Positions 13,587-26,181 of a stretch of DNA of 64,000 bases are shown in pieces (positions within the stretch are counted from its first letter, which is position 1; every line of letters starts with the position of its first letter). The notes under the pieces are model-generated. The model did no database searches. It saw nothing but the letters and a program-made list of their open reading frames with translations, and was not told the DNA's origin. The translations under genes were made by a program, and so were the position numbers. The stretch is from Spironucleus salmonicida. Lineage: Eukaryota. The stretch spans positions 248,001 through 312,000 of the forward strand of contig NC_090599.1 of assembly GCF_000497125.1 (NCBI RefSeq), written 5' to 3'.

Positions 13587-13767
13587 TATGGAAGGAAAAT
13601 TGTTTTTATAGTAAATAATATAATAATTATGATATATTTTATTTTAAAAATAAGATTAAAATTATTAAGCAAAAGACACTATTAATTAACATAAAAGTTG
13701 TTACTACATGAAATTTTGGTGTATTTAATGTATGTATAATCTTAAATTTTCAAAATACAACTGATAA

Positions 13768-14271
13768 TCACTCCAAAACTATTTTGGGATATGTTTTCCA
13801 CTACTATGGTCCGGCCTTTACATATTAAGTGAACACCTAATTTGTTGTCATATATCTGTCCTAGTCACGTTTATATGGCACAGTAGCCTAATTACTTTTG
13901 CAATTTTTTCTACCACCATTGTCAAACGCCTGTATCATCTATGGTTTAGAGTCGTCTATTGCAAATCCTGTTCTCGTGAATCTATTAAATTCTGCGCCAG
14001 AAAGTTGTTACAATTAGTCATTTTTTACTCTAAAAGTACCAGCTTCACGTGTATGGGCGAACTTACCAGCAGTGCGGAAAGGCTTTCCATTGTGAAATTC
14101 GTTATATGTGGACATAGTGTTTAAGTTTATATGCGATGTTGCCCAATATTACCTTTCTGGCAAGAAAGCACGATTTTCTGGTGTTTCTTCCGTAGTATAT
14201 ACTTTGCCATTGTTTAAGGAAAATCCAGATTGCACTGGATGCCTTAGATCGAATGAGTTGATTCCGTGCAT
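13768..14271 (-). CDS. Hypothetical protein (167 aa), possibly an axonemal microtubule-inner-protein type
   Basis: Clean ORF with GAGTGA stop. Short motifs MSTYNEFH and YMTTNQVF weakly resemble SAXO/Mn-type T-Y-x3-F motifs. Confidence 0.65.
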
Positions 14272-14528
14272 TTTCTAGATACGGGAATTAAAGGATTGCG
14301 CGGAATGTATAAATTTATATTATTATATATAATTAAATATAATATTTACATGCTGTCTACGATATAAATTAGATCGCGACATATTTAAATAGGGAAATAT
14401 TGATGTATAGAAAAAAAGAAAAATAATTAATATAAATAAATTTAATTAGTGCAAAAACACACATTAAGTATAACTTGGTCTTATAGCAAGGAAATAAAAA
14501 TGGTTGATAAGTAAATAATATAAATTTA

Positions 14529-15314
14529 TCACTTCCTTGTAGCATTATTTCTAAGTAAAAATTCTCCAACTATATCCTCAACTTTGCTCTTTTATATTCT
14601 TTATTTCCGTTCTTATGGCGCTCCCTAAATATTCCATCTCGATTAATATGCTAAATAATTATTTACAGGATCTGATTTTCGTTTTTATTTTTCTTTCATT
14701 GTTGACTTATTTGTAGGCATAAATTTACTTATTGTGGCAGAACTAGAAGGTTTTTAAAATGTGTCATATTAACTTGAAATTTAAGATTGATTAGGAAGCA
14801 TATTATCATAATTTTGATTTTGTTTCTTTTTATCCATAAAGCAGTAATAGTCCGTTAAAGCATCGTCTTAATAGTCTTCCCCTTCTGAATGAAAGTTAGA
14901 TACCTAATCAATATTAGACTAGTTCTTTTATTCAATAGGTTTCAATAATTATTATTTATTATTTTACGGTGATTCGATAAAATCTTTTAAAAGATCTTCC
15001 ATTTGACATTGGATAGTTGGCTTTTAACCTTAGTTCTATTTGAGTTTTTCATGATTCTCATTTGTATATAGATTTAAAATTAGCTATTATTGTGCAGTGT
15101 TCTCTTATCTTTTTTACTCTAAAAATTCAATAGAAGTAACTGCTGAAGCTGGCCTATTTGAATACTATTACTAACCAGTAGGGGCAGCTGGAGGTAAACC
15201 GCTAATTTCCGTAAGAGACTATTAATTTACATATCTTTTTATTTATTCGTATTCTTATGGAGTCACATTAGTCAGGCCCAATGCTTAAATTTAAGCCTAA
15301 ATTTCTGCATCCAT
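14529..15314 (-). CDS. Low-complexity protein with a HYLS1-like C-terminal motif (261 aa)
   Basis: C-terminal KRKSDPVNNYLAYQSRWNIQGAPQE resembles the HYLS1 box (K.DPV..Y..Y...W.....PGE). Stop context AAGTGA. Confidence 0.55.
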
Positions 15315-15884
15315 TTTTTAAAATTTACTAATAGTATATAATATACCTTTATAATATTAATTTATTCCATTTCTATATTTAATCCTCTAACGCGGTTGCA
15401 CTATGTTACCTAATTTACCTTGGAAAGTTGAGTTATAATTCTCTAAAAATTAAAATTTCAACTAGCGTAACGAGGTGTCTTCAAATTTATATTTTAAAAT
15501 AATTTTTACTGTTGTTATTTGGATGTTAAAAATATTAAGTGGCCAAATAGTTATATAAGTAACTATTAACTATATCTTTTTCACCTGTAACTAGTATAAG
15601 CATCAAAAAATTTATTAGCAGATTATCACCTAGCTCTTTTCTGTCAGATATTTATCTGTAGAATCCTGATTCGCTGGGAGAAATAATAATTAATATTTAA
15701 AGATGTAACAATTCATAACGAGTATGATTCTATATTTGAAAAATTCACGCATTAATATTTTAATTTTGTCGTTCTCTGAATTATCTAACGGAATTATAAT
15801 TAATTATTTATAATATAACATATAATACAGAGTCTTGCAATATATACTATTATATAATTTAAATTCTTATTCTAATTTTTTAAA

Positions 15885-17486
15885 ATGTCAAAATTTTTCA
15901 ATCTAAATGATGTTAATAATATGAATAATATTGTTTATGACGATGATGCACTATCAGCTTTTGCTCCAAAATTTAAATAAGATGATGATTCATTAGCTCT
16001 AGATTCAACCCCACCTCGCGAAATTAAAAAGAAAAAAATAAGATAACCATCTAAATAGGTACACGATGGCCCTGTTGTTGAAGTGTAATTGCCAGCTAAA
16101 AAAATTGTTAAAAAGAAGAAAGTAAAAAAATAAGAAATAGATTCATCACCCCCACAACCACCTCCAGTTTAATCTGTAACGATAAAGAAAGTCTTGAAAA
16201 AGAAGAAAAAACCAGTTCTCGCAATTAAACCACCACCAATGTAGAAAAGGGAATCAACACCAGCTCCAGGTAGACGATCTGCAACCCCTAATTAAATTGA
16301 TGTAGATCTCAGTGTAATTGAAGAAAAAGTACCAATAGAAGCTCGTGGTCGAAGTCCAAGTGTTTTTTAGGATCCTAGGAATAATTATTAGGAGTAGTTA
16401 GAAAAACTTAAAATGGAACTTATGATAGCATAAAAAGAAAAAGAGTTAGACACTATTAGACAATAAGAAACCTAATAGAACTTATAAGCTGAACTAGAAC
16501 GGTAAAAGCTTTTAACAATGTATTAAAACTAATAAAATAGCCTAAAATCTAGCTAACCTTAAGTCATCTTACCAACACCTAAATTAGAGCATAATATACC
16601 TTTGTTGCAGCAGTAAGATTTAGAAATTTAAAATCTGAAAGCTTAGATTTTAACAATATAAAATCCAGATTATATTTAGAATATTATTAAGTAAGAACTT
16701 AATAGATAATAATAACAAAAGATGTCATTTTTGTAAACTGACACAACATATTGCTAAGCAGATTTAGATTTAAAACCAGCTAAACCTTCAGACTTATCTA
16801 TTTTTGACTAAAACTCACTGATGGCATAATAATAAGCATACAATATGATTCAAAAACGACCTAAATAATAATAATAATAATAATCAAAAGATCCATCTCC
16901 AAAAGCACAAAGAGTAGACATATCTATCGGTCCATCAATATATAGACCATCGTCTAAAGAACTAGAGAATTAATCTAAAATGCGCGATTTAGAGTATGAA
17001 ATATTATAACTCAAAAAAGATTAACAATAAATTCAGCAAAAACCATAAGATATAATATCAATTGTTTAGGCATTAAAACCTACTTAAGAACCATCTAAAC
17101 TTAAAACGGAGCTTTCAGCTTATATGTAAGAAATAAAAAATTTAAACGAGTAATAATTCATGTATCAAAAATAAATTTAAAATGAGCTTAGAACAAGTCA
17201 AATATCATAAGAAAATCAAGCACGCTTAGATAAAGAAAAATTAGATATAGAAAATTAAAAACTGTAATTATAAAGGCAATAATACGAATTTTAGCTAAAA
17301 TAATAAGAAATATTATAAAGTTAATCATTTTAATAAACCCAGAACATGTATAATTAATAAGCACAAAATTTTAGATAGAATGGATATAATTAGTTGATTT
17401 CTACTTTTGCTCATAGCGTAAATGGACCAAAACGACCTAGTCTTGGAGAGTCAATGCGATTTCTTATGGCGGATTTGTTGAAATGA
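15885..17486 (+). CDS. K/P-rich and Q-rich coiled-coil hypothetical protein (533 aa)
   Basis: No in-frame TGA. Contains KKKK clusters, PPP runs and TAA-encoded poly-Gln tracts. Confidence 0.8.
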
Positions 17487-17535
17487 AATTATATTAAATA
17501 TATTATTATAATATGTACATATTGAAATTTTAAAA

Positions 17536-18210
17536 ATGTCACATACACTTGATGAAGTATAATCTATTATAAATAAAACCATGTTACTATCATCCTAATA
17601 TGAGATCAAGGATATAGAAATGATTGATTCTGGATGTAAAATATTTTAGGATAGACTCTCAGATACTAGAGCCATATTCAATTTACCATAATCAAATAAT
17701 ATTAAAAGAGCTGCTGCACTTAAAGATCTTTCGATTTAAGTTAGAATGCTATGTATGAATCTTAATAATATTAAGGGGTCGGGTGAACTAAACTGTAAAA
17801 TTATTATGAAATAGTTAAATAAATATGAAGAAATTCTTAGTAATCTTTCTGGTGAACTATTAAAATCGGAAATATAAGAGAAAAATAGATAAGAATTAGC
17901 AAAAATATATTATGATGTACCTGCGACTCCAATTTTTAATATTTAAAAAGTAGATAAAGATGTCCAAATAGAAGATTAAACTGAGAATATAATTAAAGAA
18001 TTAGCAGATTAGAGAAAAGAATATTAATAAATTATTAATGCGTTTAAGTAGTCATCAGATGAGGATTAAAAGTTGATCGATGAATTAGTAGATGAAAATC
18101 AAAAATTTAAAGCATCTATTGATAAGTTAAACAAAGATAATTCAGAGTTAAAAAGTTAAGTAGAAGAAGCTGAAGAAGCTTTAGCAGAGATTCTTTCGAT
18201 GAAAAAGTGA
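17536..18210 (+). CDS. Coiled-coil hypothetical protein (224 aa)
   Basis: ATG-TGA ORF with a heptad-rich C-terminus and AAGTGA stop. Confidence 0.8.
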
Positions 18211-18526
18211 ACTAGCTTTTAAAATTATAATTTAGGTTCTAGTTTACTATTAAAAATCTATGATAACAGAAATAACATGTTAATACTCTTAAGACATTCT
18301 CATTTTAAAAATTTCTGTTAATTTAACTTATACCTAATTATAATAACGTACTTTTAATATCTAAGATCTCAAACATTATAAAAACTATTAATAACAGTAA
18401 AATATATTTAAATTACATTTTTATATCAAGGTGCATACAATTTTTTAAAAAAATCAATAATACTACGTTATATTTTATCCAATAAAATTTCAATAAATCC
18501 AAACAAACGCATACAGAATTCAATTT

Positions 18527-18931
18527 TCACTCACAAAATTTACTTGGTGGTCTCTTTAAAACTTACATTGACTTTGACCGTCTATCCTCGTTAAACCTAT
18601 CAGATGAATATAATCTCTAAGTTTTAACTGGTGATCGCAATTACCTAAATGGAATTGAAATATCAATAAAATCTGGGCTTTGGCTTCTAATTGTTATCTT
18701 TGAATGATTTTCAAAGAATATTTATTAATATCGTTTTGATGGCATAGGTAGTTTTCCATACTAACCTGGGCCTGGTGTCGCAAACTAATACTACTTTCTA
18801 AACCTATCCGATGGTGATAGAAGCCCTCCTGATTTAATAGTTACATGCTCATTTGATAAGTAAAATGGCACTTATGTAGTTGGCGGTAGTTGATAAGGAA
18901 TTCTTTATCCTTTAGGTAAAAACGGATTCAT
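18527..18931 (-). CDS. SHIPPO/ODF3-type PGPGxY motif protein (134 aa)
   Basis: SDRFRKQYQFATPGPGQYGKLP is a typical RF...TPGPGxY unit. GAGTGA stop. Confidence 0.65.
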
Positions 18932-19725
18932 TTTTTCGTTATTGCTTATATTCGCAATTATATTATTATTTACTTATTTCAAACAAGATTTTTATTTTTA
19001 AATAATCTACATAAGTAAGATAGAAACAGAATATAATATCCTATAATATGTAAATATAAATATTGTGAAAAAATATTTATATTAAAATATAGATTAAGTA
19101 TTAATTTATTTAGTCTTCTTTATCTGAAAACAATTTAGAGTACCTAGATTTTTATTAATCTTCGTATATAATAAATTATAGCTATGTCACTTCTAGCATA
19201 TTTAAATTGTTAACCATTGTACTCATAATTATTTTTCTTTATTAATAAAGATATTTATATTCAGATTTTTTTAATATTACTGTTTTATCCATTAGTATTT
19301 TATGGTATAGTATTAAAGGTTATAATTGTACATATTGCTAAGCTGATGATAATATGTATTTATAAATATTATAAAAATATACAATAAATTGATTTTAAAT
19401 ATATAATTCTATCTAATATCTTTCCAGTAAATCTGAATTATATTATATAAATAATATGTCACTATAGTCTAGTATATTTGATTATATATTATGCATATAC
19501 TCACATTTTCTACTTTGTGTTGCCAAACGTGATATTGATTTATAAATAGTCAAGAAAATAACAAAATTAAGCATAAAATTTTACTATCTTTTACATACAT
19601 AGTATATTATTGAAAGTATAATAATTACGTAAAAACCATAAGCTTAATCATAATTAAATTTTGAAAACTATTATATATAAATATATATATTATTATATAA
19701 AATTAATTTTACCACTTCATAATAG

Positions 19726-20268
19726 ATGGAGTAAGAACTTAAAATTACATTATTTTCATCTGAAGATCTTGTTATCTTTATCTCAAGCTTTAAAAATAGT
19801 GTATCAAATATATATTCTTAAGAAAATAGGTATTTTACGTCTCCTTACTTAACTGAGAATAAAATCGCATTTCGTGTTAGATAATAAGATAGTGAATTTA
19901 TTTTAACAGAAAAATCCTAGCTTAAGTAAAGTGAAGGATATTTCTAGTGTAATGAAACAAATACACCATTGGATATAACTTCATTTAAAGAATTTACTGA
20001 ATATCCTGATAAATTTACCAATTATAAGGAGCTAACACTTTAAGCTATTATTAAAACTATTCGTACAGTTATAAAGCATGATGAATTTCATTTTGAATGT
20101 GATTCTACAAGGACAGAATATCCATATAAACATGATATATTCGAAATTGAATGTGAGACATAAAATCCAGATTTAGCACGTACTATTATATATAAAGCTT
20201 TAAACGAAAAGAATTTGAAGTATTAAATTAGCAAGAAAACTAAGCTAGGTATTGCATTAAGTGAATGA
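19726..20268 (+). CDS. CYTH / triphosphate tunnel metalloenzyme family protein (180 aa)
   Basis: N-terminal ExExK (MEQELK), QENRYF, AFRVR, ILTEK, KTIR, CD, FEIECET and C-terminal KTK. Confidence 0.88.
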
Positions 20269-20281
20269 TATTTTTCTACAC

Positions 20282-20749
20282 TCATTTTTATTTCATAATA
20301 TTCTTATATTTTTTAATTTATATCTGCGGTAGACTCGTCAAATTACTCCATCGCTGTGACTCCACATAATCTTTACTTATCATATATAAATTAGTTCTAT
20401 CCTGTTGTTTATATAATTTTTCCTATTGCTCAATTTTTTTAGAAAATATAGATTTTTCTTTAAACTTTTTATCTTTGATTTCATGATCAGGAAACATCTC
20501 TTAAATCTAGGATGTAATTCTTCTCTGCCTTTTAACAGTTGGTACTTATAAAACAGACTTAGAACCTTTATGTACTTAAACCAAGTCTTTAATATTAATA
20601 TTTGCTCTCATTTTTTTCATGCTAACAGTAGTTTAATCTTAAGTTAAAACTTGCTCCTAATTTTAGAATTTAATATCTAATTAATAGTTGAGATACTGTT
20701 TATGATCTATTATTGAATCAAAGATTGGCTAATCACTCTCAATTCTCAT
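20282..20749 (-). CDS. Hypothetical basic protein (155 aa)
   Basis: ATG-TGA ORF (MRIESDQPIFDS...). Start is uncertain. Confidence 0.55.
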
Positions 20750-21698
20750 TTATTGCAGAGTCAATTAAACTATAATACATATTTATTATCATATATTTTT
20801 TATAAACTGAGATGGTTTCCATAAAATGATACTAAATAATAATTAGTCATATTTAGTACAATCCATAGTAGATTAAAAGAATAGAAAATTTGTCAAACTA
20901 CATTATACTTATTTAGATAAAGCAACCATATTCTTTAAAAATTTCATACTGCTTATTTAAATATTAAGATAAATTTTTAATTAACTTTTAAGATAGATAT
21001 ATTTATTAATTCTTTAACACTTAATTTGTTTAAAAATTTATATAAACTAACAATTTTTAGGTGCTATCGGTGTAAAAAAATTATTAAGTTAAAGCTTATT
21101 ATAAGAATATAATTTTAATTATAATTAATATAAACTAAAATTTGATATTTCATATATTATTTTAAAGGTTTGCTATTTTAGTATCAATTATTTTTAGTAA
21201 TCTTATTTATAGCAAGAATTAGTATAATATTAATTTAAAATAATAGAGGATATACTCAAGTTAATATGTATTCAATAATTATCTATACAAGATAAGCAGG
21301 TTAATTATAAATACATAAGTATTATAAATTTATTTGCAACATTAATAAATTATAATTTATTTTGTTAACTTAAACAAATAATAAAAACTATTAAACAATA
21401 TGACAGATTTTTGAAGATTATTAATTACAGAATAGGCTATCTGAATATCGAGAACTTAAAATATATAATTTTAAAAATTTACTTTTAAATAAATATTCAC
21501 ATGAATATTTTGTTCATATTCAAACTAAATATAATTAGAACAATTCGAAGCTAAAACATTGATACCACTAATTCGTATAGTCTGTCTACTTAATTTATAA
21601 AATTTAAGCATTTTTTGAATGAAGTATTTAAAAAACAATATTAGATCAATTCATAACACTAATACCAATAAGTTTTAATATTAATAGTATTACAATAA

Positions 21699-21748
21699 TA
21701 AGTCACCGTTAAAAATCACGAATACCTTATTTTTTTAATGGTGACTTA
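21699..21748. repeat. Inverted repeat / hairpin in an AT-rich spacer (17-bp stem, 16-nt loop)
   Basis: TAAGTCACCGTTAAAAA (21699-21715) pairs with TTTTTAATGGTGACTTA (21732-21748). The only mismatch is a G-U wobble on the + strand, and imperfect pairing extends outward. Confidence 0.75.
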
Positions 21749-22017
21749 CTAATATTGTGTTATACTTACTATAACATAATTAAATTAAAAAATTATACAA
21801 AATTCTCTGTTTAATTTAAATAATCAAAACTCTCAGTTCAAAATTACACTAATTTAAATAAGAAAAATCATTAAAAACAATTACTTAATAAAATAAAAAA
21901 TTACGATAAATAATCTCTGTTCAACTTTTCAAATTTGTATAATGTATAAATTTAAAACGTTCCACTATATTAATTACTATACAAGTTATTCATTATATCA
22001 CTTCATTTATTTTAGTT

Positions 22018-23148
22018 TCATTGCTGATCCAACCCATTCTGCTTTTCAAACTAAGCTATCATTTTGCTGGTCTCATTCGAAACAACCTACTTTCCACCTA
22101 CCCTGCTATTTTCCTCATTGAAACTAGGGTCTTCTAAGTCATTGAAACTATTTTCTTCGACATCGTTCTCTTCTACGTCGGAATCTTCAACCTGCAGCCC
22201 ACCCTTCATGAGCATGCTTTCAGGTGCAAAAAGCACTATTTTCTTCTTTTTCTACCTAGTAGCTGCTTCTGGTGCCTAAATCACGTCCAAAACCTTATCT
22301 TAGTCTGTGATTTCAGCGAATTTATGCGAAGTGAGCATCTAACGAATCGACTGCGTAGGAATATAGTTCTACATTGTCGTAGTCTATGTTTTTGGACTAC
22401 TAAGTGGGTTGGGTGTGTAAATACTCCTGCTAAGCGTACTGTTATTACTATAAATATCTTCAGAAATAGTATGAAATTTTTGGGATAAATATGTCTTGCC
22501 GAAATGGTCCATACGCTCTTATTCTGCTAGCTATTTCAGTTCATGAGGACTCAAACGCCCTAGCTTTGCGTTTACCAAAAACTCCTAAAAAAGTGCGTTT
22601 TCAGCAATGTCCTTAACTTGCGGATTTTTGTACTTTTTAATCTTTTATGACGAATTTGCGTCCTCAACGTACTGGCCAGCAATTTCCTTAAAGTGGTCCA
22701 GAACGTCTTTCGCGGTTCGCTTTGCGACCGGCTTTTTAGCAGAAAATTGCGGAATCACGAATTTGGAAGTGGCTGGATTTTCGGTCATCGCAATTGCAGA
22801 TTCGATGTCTCTAACACCCATTTTGCATTTACAGTGACGGACTTCTTGCACGCTGCAACCGCTCCCATGTATTTGAAACTCTGATGCGCGCACAGCCCGG
22901 CGAATCGTCAAGTCTGTTATTTTTTGGGGCATTGAATCAACGTTTTCTAGCTGTGTCCTGGTGAGCATTTGACCGCATTTTCGTTGCAGGTCGATTCGAC
23001 GTTATGATTATTTTTTCTATGACTAGATAATCGACTCTCGAAAGTTATCTTGTTTGGTATATTTCTTATCTAGTGCATTTAAAGTCTGTAGAGACTCATC
23101 TAGAAGGTGATTGTAAGCACGATCTATCTAGGACGTTTTCGAGGACAT
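22018..23148 (-). CDS. Hypothetical protein with acidic C-terminus (376 aa)
   Basis: Contains ORF-track fragment 22645..22968 in frame. No in-frame TGA from ATG 23148. Confidence 0.8.
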
Positions 23149-23355
23149 TTGTTGCGGAAAAGAAAAACTATTATATGTTATATAATAGTGATATAATGGA
23201 GTACAAAAATAGGATTTCGAAAATGTGGTTGTGAGTTCGTTTAATAGAGTTTGTAGGTTAAAAATATAATTTGAAATTGTGTATCTGATGAAATAGTAAT
23301 ATCATAGTTTATATTATTTTAGTGCACTTTGTATGTGATTTAGTTCTAGATTCCC

Positions 23356-23679
23356 TCACTTCACTTTAAATCTGATCCAGTTATCTATTTCGTGCTTATC
23401 TTTAACCCCAGTAAACATATCGGTAGCTTCTCCATCCTTATAAAGTTTAATAGTTGGGTATCCTTTGATTCTTTCTTCTTAGCACACGTCTCTGGCATAA
23501 ACACAGTCGACCTCTAAAAATTTCACTTTGGGATGGATAAGGGTATTCCAGATTGGTTTGAAGTCTTAATAATTAACACACCATTCTGCATAAAATAAGA
23601 CAACTATTTGAGTTTCTTAATCTTATATAGTATCATAAAAATTTTTGGTTGCATCTATTTATGCGAATATGAGAAGCAT
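23356..23679 (-). CDS. Single-domain PDI/thioredoxin-like protein with atypical CxxY site (107 aa)
   Basis: VVLFYAEWCVNYQDFKPIW...FLEVDC...CQEERIKGYPTIKLYKDG. Short hydrophobic N-terminus MLLIFA. Confidence 0.9.
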
Positions 23680-23929
23680 TTTAGTTATTAATCAATATTA
23701 TAATATATATAATAATATATAATAAGGCAACTTATAAACTTAATCCGGCTCACTAGAATATAAGCTCTAAGTTATCTTAGACATTATTAAGAGTATCTAT
23801 TATTTTATCATGATTTTTTACCAATTCATAAATTTAATATTTTAGTTACTTTTCCGCGTCCATTAATCTTAAACTATTAAATATTCTATACTATATATAT
23901 ATAACTCTTGAGAATACATTCTTAAACTA

Positions 23930-24364
23930 ATGTTCAAAAAAATTGAAGAACAATTTATTAATTTGGGGATTACCAACCACAACTTCATAATCTTATAAAC
24001 ACAATAGGATCTTAATTTTTTAAATAACGATTAATTCTAGGATGAGTACATTAGTATTATTACTTTGATGTTAGAATAAGTTCATATTTCATTGAATAAA
24101 CAAAGCTGTTACTTATATAGACCATAAGAGGATTATCATATCACGAATTCATTGTTCCATTCTTATTTATTAAGTATAGACTCAGATAATTGGATAACAA
24201 GTGAAAATATGTTTAAGATGATAAATGACTCTAGAATAAAAAGAAGCGATGAACATGCTATTATTTTATATACCAATGAAATAAGATGTCAGGATCAATT
24301 ATTTACCACTTATAATAAAGATAACAACACTATCACAATTGTTATAATTGAACTTAATGATTGA
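23930..24364 (+). CDS. Hypothetical protein (144 aa)
   Basis: Extends ORF-track fragment 24152..24364 upstream to ATG 23930. Confidence 0.65.
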
Positions 24365-24483
24365 GATTATTATACTATATTATACATTATTTACATTTAT
24401 CGGTTTTGATTGTATAATAATATATATACCTTTCATAAAATGGTTGAATTTAGTTATTAAATAATTAAATATAATATTTTTGT

Positions 24484-26181
24484 ATGGAAAATCCGCCATA
24501 TTTTTCCCATTCCAATTTACAAATGTACAACAGTGGATATGCACCAAGAACTCCAGTTTAGAACCTGGAAATGCGTTAGGATGTACTAGATCATGAATCA
24601 TTAAAGCTAATAGAAGAGTAGAAAATGAAAATTTCAACAATCTAATCTTAACTCTAGAAAACAACTGTTGATGCTGATCGTAATATTATGCAGCTAGAGC
24701 TTCAGTTGTAACAATCATAGAAGAAAGCTGATGTTTTAGAGCAACAAATGTAGTAATCTATGCGCTAGAACACCCAATCCTCTCAGCAAGTAGCACAATG
24801 CTACGACTAAATCAGAAAGCTCTAATCAGATTCTTCTGTTTCCCAAGCTAACAACTAAAAGTTCTAGATGGAGCTTTAGTCCAAAAACGAGCAAATTCAA
24901 GCCTATGTTACATAGCTTCAATAGAAAAATGAGCTTGTTTCACGTATTTCTGCTGAGTCCTCATAGCGTTATGAGTAGCTCCAAAGAATCTAAATGGACC
25001 ATGGCAAACAATAAGAACAAATCAAGATGCTCCAACAGTAAAACGGTTTTTTGTCTGACCAGCTTAATAAGCTTAATACAGAAGTAAAATAAAGAGAATC
25101 ACAGCAGATCCAGATGTCATAACAACTTTAAAACACATCTACAGAGTCCTAATCACTCCAAAATCAGCTTCGTATGAAAAATGATCAACTTGATACAACT
25201 TATAAGCAAGTTTAAGCATTGTAATAAGAAGTGGAAAAGCGTAATCAAGCATTAGCATAAACTCAAATTGAAGTAGCCAAATCGCAGTAAAATTCGGGTC
25301 AGCTGGCTGCTGAATCGGGTGCTAAAAATGAACAGATCAAACAGCTGTAAAATTCGATCGCCTACAAATAGCAGGAAATCGACCAGAAGCAACAATAGCT
25401 GGACGCAGTTTATGAGCAATTAGCGCGTAAGAATGCAGAATTGCAGTAGAAAAACGACGTTTTGAGCAAGAGCACATACGACGCACAACAGTAGTCGGAG
25501 CTTGCCAGAAGCCTCAAGGCTGAATTGGAACAAAAATAGCAACTAATTGCATAGACGAATTCCAGAGCCAACCAACTCGCCCAACAGTCGGTTCAGTTGT
25601 AAAACGAGCTCTAACTGAAAGCTTCTCAGGTCTAGTAGACCGCCTAAGAGAGTTAGTCGCTCAAAAATCAAGTTTAAGTCATGAATTCGCAGATTCAAGA
25701 TTATTCGACTTAGTTAACTTAGACAAAATAATAATAGTATTAGGTTTATAGCAATTTAAGTCAGGTATAGTAGGAGCTTGAACGTGAAAAGCAGGAGAGA
25801 TTGGTTAAAGCTAGCTAAAGAGTTGCATTTTTGGAGCAGAAAGTGGTTTAGGAAGATGTGTTGGCGGATACTGTTGAACAGTTATCCAGGTCCACAAATG
25901 GGCTGTCTCAGTCAATTAATAAGAGTGGATTTAGTGGCTAGGCTAGTGGATACAATGGTGCAGGTTCAGGTTATAATGCTACTGGCTCTGGATATAATGG
26001 TGCAGGTTCTGCCTATAACCCAGGATCAGGATATAATGCTGGCGGATCTGGTTACAATGCTACTGCTTCAGGATATAATGCTAACTAAAACCCAATGAGG
26101 GTTAGCAGAAACACGGCAAATATGAGCAAGAACGAAATCAAGGATATGATTAAGACAATAGATTAGAGTCTTGTTTTGTGA
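24484..26181 (+). CDS. Long Q-rich coiled-coil protein with an SGYN-repeat tail (565 aa)
   Basis: About 450 aa of continuous heptads, followed by seven S[GA]YNxx(G) repeats. Confidence 0.85.
25945..26085 (+). repeat. Coding tandem repeat, 7 copies of about 21 nt (SGYNGAG-like)
   Basis: SGYNGAG SGYNATG SGYNGAG SAYNPG SGYNAGG SGYNATA SGYNAN, with synonymous divergence between copies. Confidence 0.85.

Noticed and set aside
15320-15880. Possible small gene between two divergent CDSs
   Set aside because: Only short or start-less frames with no recognisable motif.
18480-19130. Plus-strand frame reading as protein-like with two in-frame TGA (possible selenocysteine or pseudogene)
   Set aside because: It is the antisense shadow of the clean minus-strand PGPGxY gene 18527..18931. 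It has no ATG and no SECIS-like evidence.
21046-21060. ACTAACAATTTTTAG, resembling a fused branch point and 3' splice site
   Set aside because: Spacing is longer than the diplomonad fused consensus I recall, and no matching 5' splice site or flanking exons could be identified.
20826-22000. Long apparently open plus-strand frame in the AT-rich spacer
   Set aside because: With TGA as the only stop and very low G content, long frames arise by chance. The translation is I/K/N/Y/L/Q-dominated with no motif.
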